Assembly (NCBI GenBank): GCA_964455305.1
Contig: CAYVVU010000002.1
Coordinates: forward strand, 1 to 46,485
Source of the DNA: an uncultured Thermoplasmata archaeon
GTDB lineage: Archaea; Thermoplasmatota; Thermoplasmata; Thermoplasmatales; CAYVVU01
Direction: 5' to 3'
Length of the DNA stretch: 46,485 nucleotides
The notes beneath the pieces are model-generated. The model saw nothing but the letters and a program-made list of their open reading frames with translations. It ran no database searches and had not been told where the DNA came from. A program made the position numbers and the translations under genes. Positions 1-7,169 of the stretch are shown here, one piece after another. Position 1 is the first letter of the stretch. Each line of letters starts with the position of its first letter.

Positions 1-88
1 CCATGTTGTTGGCATGCAGTCCCGGTAGCAGGCCCGTGGCAATACCGCTCAGAACCCCGAGGATAATATATGCCACGAGCAGTAACAC
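1..88 (-). CDS. 5' end of a membrane-protein gene running off the window (partial)
   Basis: The minus-strand frame is open from the window edge up to an in-frame stop at 383-385. A hydrophobic N-terminus, VLLLVAYIILGVLSGIATGLLPGLHANNM, reads from a GTG at 86-88. It is absent from the ORF track because it is truncated. The start is uncertain; another in-frame GTG lies at 278-280. Confidence 0.3.
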   Translation of the reverse strand, partial: MLLLVAYIILGVLSGIATGLLPGLHANNM

Positions 89-311
89 GAAACGGGTAAA
101 AGAAATGAAGGATAAAAAAGTTGTGGAAAATTTTCCAGAGAAGCCATGTTTCTGTCTGCCGATATCAAAAAAGAAGTAGCAATATTTAAATATAAAGAGT
201 GATATAGATAGATATGGTATTCCTAGGGACTTACATGATTTGGCTGTTATGGAGGCAGTGGGAGGATGAAATATTCTCACGAGGGATCTCGCATACAGAG
301 GTGATGTATTT

Positions 312-602
312 ATGAAAAGAGATGATAAATCTGTTGAACTGTTTGAATATTCTATGTTTGGTGTTTGGTATTGCTACGCACTACTTTTTTATGTAATTTT
401 AATATTATTTTCAAATATTGTTATGTCTTTAGTTATTTTTTTGATGGGGGAACTATCACTTTGGAGTTTATATTCATATAAATCCAAAAAATCAGGAAAA
501 TCCTATACAGAATCAAAATATTGGGCTATGCTCGCCTTGGCATTAATGTATATAACTATTCTCGTTGCTTACATAGTGCTGAGGTATGGTGTCTTTAAGT
601 GA
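312..602 (+). CDS. small hypothetical membrane protein (96 aa, about 3 hydrophobic segments)
   Basis: ORF-track ORF. GAGGTGAT at 298-305 lies 6 nt upstream of the ATG. Three long hydrophobic stretches. No recognisable family. Confidence 0.5.
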   Translation: MKRDDKSVELFEYSMFGVWYCYALLFYVILILFSNIVMSLVIFLMGELSLWSLYSYKSKKSGKSYTESKYWAMLALALMYITILVAYIVLRYGVFK

Positions 603-778
603 AGGGAATTCCTTTCGTGGTTTTGCCATTCTCTCTAGTTGTGCCTAGTCTTTTTGTTCTTATATACATACTTATCGCAGTATTAATTCCAACAAAACAT
701 GTAGATGATAGATTTATAACAGAAGATAGTATAAATTTACCCTTTCTTTATGACGGAAAAACAAAAGAAAATTTTTAA
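599..778 (+). CDS. small hypothetical membrane protein (59 aa, below the ORF-track cutoff)
   Basis: Hand translation gives VKGIPFVVLPFSLVVPSLFVLIYILIAVLIPTKHVDDRFITEDSINLPFLYDGKTKENF. Its GTG start overlaps the stop of the upstream ORF (GTGA). One clear TM helix. Confidence 0.35.
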   Translation: MKGIPFVVLPFSLVVPSLFVLIYILIAVLIPTKHVDDRFITEDSINLPFLYDGKTKENF

Positions 779-961
779 ATTATAGTGATGTTTAAAAAAT
801 AATTGTTTATATTAATAATAAAATATATATAATTGAATTCACTGGTGTTGATCCGTATCAATTTATAAAAGCCATAAGAGAATATACTAAGAATAAAATC
901 TATTGAATTTAAATCTTGGGACGATCTAAGTAGAAAAACTGTGAAATGTTTAAAAGTAAGA

Positions 962-969
962 TTTAAATA
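962..969 (+). promoter_or_regulatory. TATA-box candidate (TTTAAATA) for the 991-1149 small ORF
   Basis: An AT-rich octamer is centred about 25 nt upstream of the ATG at 991. This matches the leaderless spacing seen at other genes in the window. Confidence 0.35.
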
Positions 970-990
970 AAAGGAGGTTATAGTAAAAGT

Positions 991-1149
991 ATGGAGGTAA
1001 TAAGGATAATAAAGGTACATATACCGCTGGAGGGAATAGACGCCAATAATATACTGGAGGGATTTAGGGATATTGTGTACAGATATGGAAGAGAAGTCAG
1101 AATGGTGGAAATAAAACAGATGATTGAAGAGAGATTTGGAGTTGAGTAA
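991..1149 (+). CDS. small hypothetical soluble protein (52 aa, below the ORF-track cutoff)
   Basis: Hand translation gives MEVIRIIKVHIPLEGIDANNILEGFRDIVYRYGREVRMVEIKQMIEERFGVE. An AGGAGGT lies at 972-978 and a TATA-like box at 962-969. The competing minus-strand ORFs here are low-complexity and implausible. Confidence 0.4.
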   Translation: MEVIRIIKVHIPLEGIDANNILEGFRDIVYRYGREVRMVEIKQMIEERFGVE

Positions 1150-1255
1150 AATGTACATAGATGGAAATTAAGCGCGGACAAAGACATTGATGGTATTTGC
1201 AAATAACGAAATTTATTTTTTGCACGCCAAGAATAAATACGCTGGCCAGCACAAC

Positions 1256-1263
1256 TTTAAAAT
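1256..1263 (+). promoter_or_regulatory. TATA-box candidate (TTTAAAAT) for the methyltransferase operon
   Basis: Centred about 26 nt upstream of the ATG at 1286. No comparable element lies upstream of the alternative starts at 1187 and 1190. Confidence 0.4.
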
Positions 1264-1285
1264 TTCTCAAAATTATGTGGGGGTG

Positions 1286-2305
1286 ATGGAATTGAGGGAA
1301 GATGAAGTTGTTGAGGCGCTGCGCTCCCTCCGAAACTCGGATGATTTGAAAAGCATAAAAGAAGAAGCATCGTCTATTGTTGTGGAGTTAAGGGAGAAGA
1401 AAAAATATGAGGCGCTGGTTGAGATTTTAGAGAAGGTGGTTAATTCATACTCGCTTGAGAGGGCAAAATATTACATAACCTCCGCAATAAAATACCTCAC
1501 GGAAGTAAAGACCAACGGAATAAACGATATAAATCTCAACCGATGGCGGGAATACCGCGATGTTCTCACAGATAGTTTGTGGATATTTCCCAATAGGGAT
1601 AGGGGTAATGGCCATTCGGCTTGGTACTGGGGTAATTTCGTGCCTCAAATACCCAGGCAGTTGATGTACAGATACACAAAAAAGTACGAATGGGTTTTTG
1701 ACCCGTTCTGCGGAAGCGGAACCACCCTCATAGAGGCGCTGCATCTTGGAAGGAACTGCATAGGGATAGAACTCTCCGAAGAAATAGCCAAAAAAAGTAT
1801 GGAAGTTGTCCAAAAGATTGATAATAAGTTCGGCGTTAAAGCGGAAATAATTGTCGGAGATTCTGTGGAAATGGATTTCGGAGAAATTGCGGAGAAATTC
1901 GGCATAGATGGTTTTAAGTTGGCTATACTTCACCCTCCTTACCACGATATAATAAATTTCACTGATGACCCGAGGGATCTGTCAAACTCGCCAACAATTG
2001 AAGTATTTTTGGATAAACTGGAAAAAGTTGTGGAAAAAACTTACAGAGTTCTGAAATCTCCCGGCTATATGGCGATGGTCATAGGAGACAAGTATGAAAA
2101 CTCCGAGTGGATACCTCTGGGCTTTTACGCCATGCAACGCGCCATGAAAATAGGATTCAGATTGAAAAGCATAGTGGTAAAAAATTTTGAATTGGGCAGA
2201 ACGAGAGGTAAAAGATTCCAGAAGGAACTGTGGAGGTATAGAGCGCTGGTTGGGGGATTTTACATATTCCGTCACGAATACATCTTCATATTTGAGAAGA
2301 GGTGA
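1286..2305 (+). CDS. SAM-dependent amino-methyltransferase (N6A/N4C DNA or N2G RNA type), motif I FDPFCGSGTT then motif IV HPPY
   Basis: IPRQLMYRYTKKYEWVFDPFCGSGTTLIEALHLGRNCIGIE resembles the motif X/I block of N4/N6 methylases. LAILHPPY follows about 75 aa downstream. The ORF-track frame opens at 1187 (TTG) and 1190 (ATG); I prefer 1286 on promoter spacing. Confidence 0.7.
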   Translation: MELREDEVVEALRSLRNSDDLKSIKEEASSIVVELREKKKYEALVEILEKVVNSYSLERAKYYITSAIKYLTEVKTNGINDINLNRWREYRDVLTDSLWIFPNRDRGNGHSAWYWGNFVPQIPRQLMYRYTKKYEWVFDPFCGSGTTLIEALHLGRNCIGIELSEEIAKKSMEVVQKIDNKFGVKAEIIVGDSVEMDFGEIAEKFGIDGFKLAILHPPYHDIINFTDDPRDLSNSPTIEVFLDKLEKVVEKTYRVLKSPGYMAMVIGDKYENSEWIPLGFYAMQRAMKIGFRLKSIVVKNFELGRTRGKRFQKELWRYRALVGGFYIFRHEYIFIFEKR

Positions 2306-2311
2306 AATAAT

Positions 2312-2947
2312 ATGTGCAGAATGCTGGGTTTCATATCCCGAAAACCTATAAGCGTGGAAATTTTCTTTCCTGCATTACTTAAAATGGCTAAGGAAGGTAA
2401 GAACTCGCCGCACAGTGATGGTTTCGGAGTATGCGCCGTAAAAAACGGAAAAATAACGGTGTACAAAGAAATACATCCCATATGGGATAGAAGCAGAGAT
2501 TTTAGAAATATCGTTGGAAATGTGGGAATACTGCACGCCCGGAAAGCATCTTGGATGAAGTCCTCAATACTCTGTACCCACCCTTTCGTGAGGAGATTTA
2601 AATGTTTTGCGCACAACGGCAGAATAGAGGGTTTCGCAGAAAAATGCGATTCAAGAGAACTCTTCAATATGATAATTGAGGAGGGCGTAAAATCGCTGAG
2701 AAAAATAAGGAATGCCTCCTCGCTAACTTTCATAATGGCCGAAAATGGAAAATTAACGGTATGCAGATACTCTGTGGAAAAGGAAGAGTATTATACTCTC
2801 TATGAGGGCTATGTGGATGATATTTTGGTGGTATCCAGCGAACCGCTTGATGAAAATTTTTCGGAAATAACTAATTACACTATGGTTGAGTATTCTCTTA
2901 AAGATGGTCGGATAGATAGGAGGGAGGAAAAATTATGCTTCCGATAA
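2312..2947 (+). CDS. class-II (Ntn, N-terminal Cys) glutamine amidotransferase-like protein
   Basis: The protein starts MCRMLGF (Cys2 nucleophile). HSDGFGV, HARKAS...THPF and HNGRIEGF blocks are typical of YafJ/EgtC-like GATase-II. AGAGGTGA at 2298-2305 lies 6 nt upstream of the ATG. Confidence 0.7.
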   Translation: MCRMLGFISRKPISVEIFFPALLKMAKEGKNSPHSDGFGVCAVKNGKITVYKEIHPIWDRSRDFRNIVGNVGILHARKASWMKSSILCTHPFVRRFKCFAHNGRIEGFAEKCDSRELFNMIIEEGVKSLRKIRNASSLTFIMAENGKLTVCRYSVEKEEYYTLYEGYVDDILVVSSEPLDENFSEITNYTMVEYSLKDGRIDRREEKLCFR

Positions 2948-3699
2948 CTATAATAACCGATTTCGGGTACAGCGACCACTACGCAGGAGCGATGAAACTG
3001 AAGATATTGCAGATATTTCCGGAAGCAACGATAGTTGATATAACCCATGGTGTAAAGAGACATAATGTAAGACATGCATCTTATGTTTTAAACGCGATTT
3101 ACAGGATGGGTATAAAAGCGGTACATCTTGTTGTTGTGGATCCGGGGGTGGGTAGCGGTAGAGAATGTCTGGCGATTAAATTGAAAAATGGCTATGCCGT
3201 TCTTCCAAACAACGGAATAATCTCCCCCCTCAGAGACGAGATTATTGAAATTTACGAGATACCTGTGCCACCGGATGCAAGCGCAACATTTCATGGCAGA
3301 GATGTATTCGCCCCGACTGCGGCTAAAATAGCGAAGGGAGTAAAGCCAGAAAAATTCTGCACAAAATTCCCCAAAGAGAAACTGATTCTTTTCAACCAAC
3401 CACTGCTCAGCGGTGAAAAAATAGTTGGTGAGATTTTCCACATAGACCACTTCGGAAATGTTATAACAAATATTCCCGCCGAACTGGTTTTTTTCAAGAT
3501 TGGCGATGAAATTCAGGTAAAAATTGGGAATAAAATTTTCCAAGCCAGAATGGTTAAAAGTTATTCGGAAGGCGGAAAAAACGAAATAATTGCATTGATA
3601 AACAGCGAGAATTTTCTGGAGTTTTCAGTTAATATGAACTCTGCGGCTAATATTCTTGGAGTGAAGGAGGGAGATATGGTGGAAGTATGCTCAGCATAA
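2935..3699 (+). CDS. S-adenosyl-L-methionine hydroxide adenosyltransferase (DUF62 family)
   Basis: ITIITDFGYSDHYAGAMK...IVDITHG...VVVDPGVGSGR and the HIDHFGNVITN blocks are characteristic of DUF62. The gene overlaps the upstream gene by 13 nt. GGAGGGAGG lies 7 nt upstream of the ATG. Confidence 0.85.
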   Translation: MLPITIITDFGYSDHYAGAMKLKILQIFPEATIVDITHGVKRHNVRHASYVLNAIYRMGIKAVHLVVVDPGVGSGRECLAIKLKNGYAVLPNNGIISPLRDEIIEIYEIPVPPDASATFHGRDVFAPTAAKIAKGVKPEKFCTKFPKEKLILFNQPLLSGEKIVGEIFHIDHFGNVITNIPAELVFFKIGDEIQVKIGNKIFQARMVKSYSEGGKNEIIALINSENFLEFSVNMNSAANILGVKEGDMVEVCSA

Positions 3700-3720
3700 T
3701 GCTTAAAATAACACAAAAGG

Positions 3721-3730
3721 TTTATATATA
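3721..3730 (+). promoter_or_regulatory. TATA box (TTTATATATA) for nikR
   Basis: Starts 30 nt upstream of the ATG at 3751. A GGTATACC palindrome at 3735-3742 lies between the box and the start codon. Confidence 0.5.
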
Positions 3731-3750
3731 ACGAGGTATACCTATGTCAC

Positions 3751-4152
3751 ATGCTGAAGAGATTTGGCGTATCAATGGATGAGAAGTTGCTTGACGAGTT
3801 CGACGAGACAATAAGGAGAAAAGGATACAGAAATCGTTCCGAAGCCATAAGGGATCTCATAAGGGAAATGCTTATAAGCGAGGCAGTTAAGGAGAACGAA
3901 TTCGTTTACGGAACGATAACTTTCATTTACGACCATCATGTGCCCGGTCTGGTTGAGAAGATCATGGATGCGCAGCACGAGCACAGGGATGTCGTGGTAT
4001 CCACGACACATCTGCATATAGATGACAGAAATTGCTTAGAAGCGATAATAGTGAAAGGTAAATCCCAGGAAATAAAGAAATTGGCGGATAAACTCTCCTC
4101 GTTCAGAGGAGTTAAGAACGTTAAATACACATTTACCAAGCCAAAGGTTTAA
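3751..4152 (+). CDS. nikR: nickel-responsive transcriptional regulator NikR (RHH + ACT-like metal-binding domain)
   Basis: N-terminal RFGVSMDEKLLDEFDETIRRKGYRNRSEAIRDLIREML ribbon-helix-helix. C-terminal His/Cys ligand pattern HH..., HEH, HLHIDDRNCLE. Confidence 0.88.
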   Translation: MLKRFGVSMDEKLLDEFDETIRRKGYRNRSEAIRDLIREMLISEAVKENEFVYGTITFIYDHHVPGLVEKIMDAQHEHRDVVVSTTHLHIDDRNCLEAIIVKGKSQEIKKLADKLSSFRGVKNVKYTFTKPKV

Positions 4153-4199
4153 ACAGTTTTTACCAAACCTTTATCTTTTTCTTTCTCTATACCCGCTTG

Positions 4200-5531
4200 A
4201 TGAGAGAGGATATTATAAAGAATTTAGCGATGGAGGGCATTCTGGTTGATGCGGATGTTGTTGATTTATTACTTCAAAATCCAACAGAGATTTCAAAATT
4301 GAAGAAGAGCCTTGGAAAGGGGTTTTGGAAGAAGGAGGATGTTTTGAGAATCATAAGTCCCGTGGAGGAATCTGCGCAAGAAGTAAAGAAGAAAAATTTC
4401 ACCATAGTAAAAAATCTGGACAATATAGATATGGAAAGCTCACCTGAATATTTCAGGAATCTATTTCTCCATAGATATAAAGTTTTGTTCCAAATCTTTA
4501 AGAGAAATCCCGCACTTCGCGGTATGGTTAAAATATCTTTTGCTAAAAAGATTGATGGCGAGGTAGCCATCGTGGGCATGGTGAGACATATATGGAGAAG
4601 GAAGATAAGAATTGAAGACGATACCGGCTGGATGGATGTTGTATTACCCAGGGATTTTAATGATGTAATTCTGGAAGATGAAGTTATTGGAGTAAGGGGA
4701 TATAAGAAAAACGATGTTATCTTCGCCAACGAAGTTTTCTATCCAGATATAGAGAAGGTCACAGTAACCAAAAAAAAGAGGGGAAAACTCGCGGTCATAG
4801 GAGATGTTCATGTTGGAAGCAAGATGTTTGAGGAGGAGAGATTCCTATCGTTCTTGGATTATCTGAAAGGAAGCGATGTGGATTTCCTCGCAGTGGTAGG
4901 TGACTTGGTGGATGGTGTTGGGATTTATCCGAACCAAGAGGAGGAGTTGGAATATGATGATGTTTACGAGCAGTACGACGCCTTGGCTTCATATCTCAAA
5001 GAAATTCCTTCCAGAATAGATGTTTTTCTAATTCCAGGAAACCACGATTTTGTTCAACTTATGGAGCCCCAGCCACCCTTAGATGGTGAGATAGCCAAGA
5101 AATTTCCATCAAATGTTCACTGTCTGAGCAATCCCTCGTGGGTTGAGATTGATGGGGTAAGAATTCTCATGTATCATGGAACAAGTTTGAACGATTTGAT
5201 AGAAAGGATTCCCAACGCCTCATACGAAAATATAGAGCCAGCATTGATTCATATTTTAAAGGCCAGACATCTTGTTCCCATATACGGGGCGAAGGTATCT
5301 CTGGTTCCTACGAACATAGACCATCTGGTGGTGGATAAAACCCCCCATATATTCCTGACGGGCCATGTTCATTCGTACTATGTAAATAATTACAAAAATA
5401 CGCTTGTGATTAATGCATCAACATGGCAGTCAATGACAAAATATCAGAAAATGATGAACTTTCAGCCGGTGGTTGGCAAGGTTTGTTTGATAAATCTGGA
5501 TGATTTGAGTTACAAAACTCTATCGTTCTGA
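4200..5531 (+). CDS. polB: DNA polymerase II (PolD) small subunit DP1
   Basis: Calcineurin/Mre11-like phosphoesterase motifs GDVHVGS, GDLVDG, GNHD and GHVH, with an OB-like middle region. Length and N-terminus are typical of archaeal DP1. ATG at 4200 is preceded by an in-frame TTG at 4197. Confidence 0.85.
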   Translation: MREDIIKNLAMEGILVDADVVDLLLQNPTEISKLKKSLGKGFWKKEDVLRIISPVEESAQEVKKKNFTIVKNLDNIDMESSPEYFRNLFLHRYKVLFQIFKRNPALRGMVKISFAKKIDGEVAIVGMVRHIWRRKIRIEDDTGWMDVVLPRDFNDVILEDEVIGVRGYKKNDVIFANEVFYPDIEKVTVTKKKRGKLAVIGDVHVGSKMFEEERFLSFLDYLKGSDVDFLAVVGDLVDGVGIYPNQEEELEYDDVYEQYDALASYLKEIPSRIDVFLIPGNHDFVQLMEPQPPLDGEIAKKFPSNVHCLSNPSWVEIDGVRILMYHGTSLNDLIERIPNASYENIEPALIHILKARHLVPIYGAKVSLVPTNIDHLVVDKTPHIFLTGHVHSYYVNNYKNTLVINASTWQSMTKYQKMMNFQPVVGKVCLINLDDLSYKTLSF

Positions 5532-5541
5532 GGTGATTTAA

Positions 5542-5958
5542 ATGGATGTAACTCCGAAAGAGGAAGACTGCCTTGAAGTGATATATCGCGGAGATAAGAG
5601 AGTTAAGGATATAGCAAAAAAATTGAACATAAAAGCACCCACTCTCGTGGAATTGCTGGAGAGAATGGAGAGGAAGGGTTTGATAGTGCATAAAAAGTAC
5701 GGACCTGTGGAGTTGACGGAAAAGGGAAGAGAAATTGCCGAGAAGGTTCTGAGAAGGCATGGTATTCTTACCAATTTCTTTATAGAGGTTCTCGGAATGG
5801 ATGCCGAAAAGGGGGAGGAAGAAGCGTGTCGCATAGAACACTATTTGGATGAGGAAACTATAGAGAGATTTGTTGACTTTATACATTTTGTTAAGGAAGA
5901 GTTTGACGGTGAAGTTCTGAAAAAATTCAGGGAGTTCATTGAAAAAGGAAGTAGATGA
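5542..5958 (+). CDS. DtxR/MntR-family metal-dependent transcriptional repressor
   Basis: EDCLEVIY...VKDIAKKLNIKAPTLVELLERMERKGLI wHTH, followed by the RRHGILTNFFIEVLGMD dimerisation/metal helix. Confidence 0.8.
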   Translation: MDVTPKEEDCLEVIYRGDKRVKDIAKKLNIKAPTLVELLERMERKGLIVHKKYGPVELTEKGREIAEKVLRRHGILTNFFIEVLGMDAEKGEEEACRIEHYLDEETIERFVDFIHFVKEEFDGEVLKKFREFIEKGSR

Positions 5959-7141
5959 GTAGCGAGGATACGAAAACACCCACTAAACTAGGAGTGATTA
6001 TGCGTATTACTCTTCCAATCTTGGCGTTGAAATGTTTTGAAGATAATACCAGACATAGGTGAACGGGAGAGAGAAGATGACCTATGTATCCCGAAGCATA
6101 TGCGAGTATTATCGCGGGATAGGTCATCGGATACGCTTTAAGAAGGGGGAAGGTTATGCTGACATATGCAAGCGTTACACCCGTCATTAGGCCCGCGAGA
6201 AATGGAAGGAGTATTATTACTACAACTGCAGGAATACCTACGCGAGAAAAGAAGGAATAGGTGTATTGCATGGCGGATGTAGCTATTACAACATTTTTCA
6301 TAAAAAGAGATGCAAATACTATTCCGAGAATTGATGGTTTTGCAGATAACTTTAATATTTCTGGAATTTTGGTTGCCTTTCCCTTGCGTATTAAATAAAA
6401 TAAAAGAATGGAATCAACGATTATTAGCGATATTAAAAGAAAGTTTATTCCGAGAAGTACGGTGAGAACAAAAACAAATGCTATTGGAGATATGGAGCGA
6501 ATAAATTTCATAACTTCCATTAAGTTTCTGCCATCATATTCTTTATTTATTTTTCTGAAAATTCTGCGGTATATGAATACATATCCGAAAAATATAGATA
6601 CTACCGTGAGAAAGAGCATATGAAGTGAGAAATCTCCCACATCTTTATTAAATATATCCGCTGCAACGATGACGCCGGTGTAAATCGGCCAGGAATACTC
6701 CCACACATGTCTGAACCAGTAGTTTATGGCCGTGGCTTCATCACCATTTAATCCCAATTTTTCCTTCAGAGGAGTTATTATATTTGCAGATACATATGCA
6801 CCACCCGGCATCGGCAGGAGGCCTATACTGGCAGGAAGCACGGCAAATGTTCTTTCATCGCTTTTTAGTAGAGACCTTATGGATGACAACATATCGTCCA
6901 GCAAAGAGCTCTCCCGCATGGTATATATTAGAAGCAATGAGAAGAACACAATGAGCATTATTCTAGCTGTGTCCAAGGAGAATGTGGAGGCTATGGCCTC
7001 TATATAATTGCCTCCCAATGCAAATAAGAGAAATATTGCTCCCGCAAGTATGCTTATTCCTATGTTTACCCTTAACCTTGGAAGAATTATAACGATTATG
7101 ATACTGACGAATACAAGTAAACTCGCTGTGAAATCGTCCAC
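5936..7141 (-). CDS. polytopic membrane protein (about 10 TM; possibly DUF401/permease-like)
   Basis: 401-aa ORF that is hydrophobic throughout. The family call is from memory only. Its 3' end overlaps the convergent DtxR gene by 23 nt. Confidence 0.5.
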   Translation of the reverse strand: MDDFTASLLVFVSIIIVIILPRLRVNIGISILAGAIFLLFALGGNYIEAIASTFSLDTARIMLIVFFSLLLIYTMRESSLLDDMLSSIRSLLKSDERTFAVLPASIGLLPMPGGAYVSANIITPLKEKLGLNGDEATAINYWFRHVWEYSWPIYTGVIVAADIFNKDVGDFSLHMLFLTVVSIFFGYVFIYRRIFRKINKEYDGRNLMEVMKFIRSISPIAFVFVLTVLLGINFLLISLIIVDSILLFYLIRKGKATKIPEILKLSAKPSILGIVFASLFMKNVVIATSAMQYTYSFFSRVGIPAVVVIILLPFLAGLMTGVTLAYVSITFPLLKAYPMTYPAIILAYASGYIGHLLSPVHLCLVLSSKHFNAKIGRVIRIITPSLVGVFVSSLLIYFLFQ

Positions 7142-7169
7142 AAAAAGCTAATGAAAAAGAAGTATTTTA

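Noticed and set aside
775-1202. Two minus-strand ORFs (127 and 74 aa) in the AT-rich patch
   Set aside because: Their composition is that of translated AT-rich spacer (runs of I, N, Y, F, L), with no SD or TATA. The plus-strand 52-aa ORF with promoter-like signals is favoured, though weakly.
1187-2305. Restriction-modification system
   Set aside because: No endonuclease, specificity or helicase partner is adjacent. The flanking genes are an amidotransferase and small ORFs. The MTase may equally be an RNA or protein methylase.
1445-2733. Minus-strand ORFs of 86-166 aa overlapping the methyltransferase and amidotransferase genes
   Set aside because: The plus-strand frames carry clear catalytic motifs (FDPFCGSGTT/HPPY; MCR...HNG). 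The antisense frames have no motifs or signals.
1-5600. Replication origin near the PolD small-subunit gene (as in Pyrococcus)
   Set aside because: There is no cdc6/orc1 gene and no repeated ORB or mini-ORB elements. I saw only one isolated palindrome (124-137) and ordinary promoter-sized AT tracts.
5410-5979. 189-aa minus-strand ORF spanning the polB 3' end and the DtxR gene
   Set aside because: Both plus-strand genes have strong family signatures. The minus frame has none.
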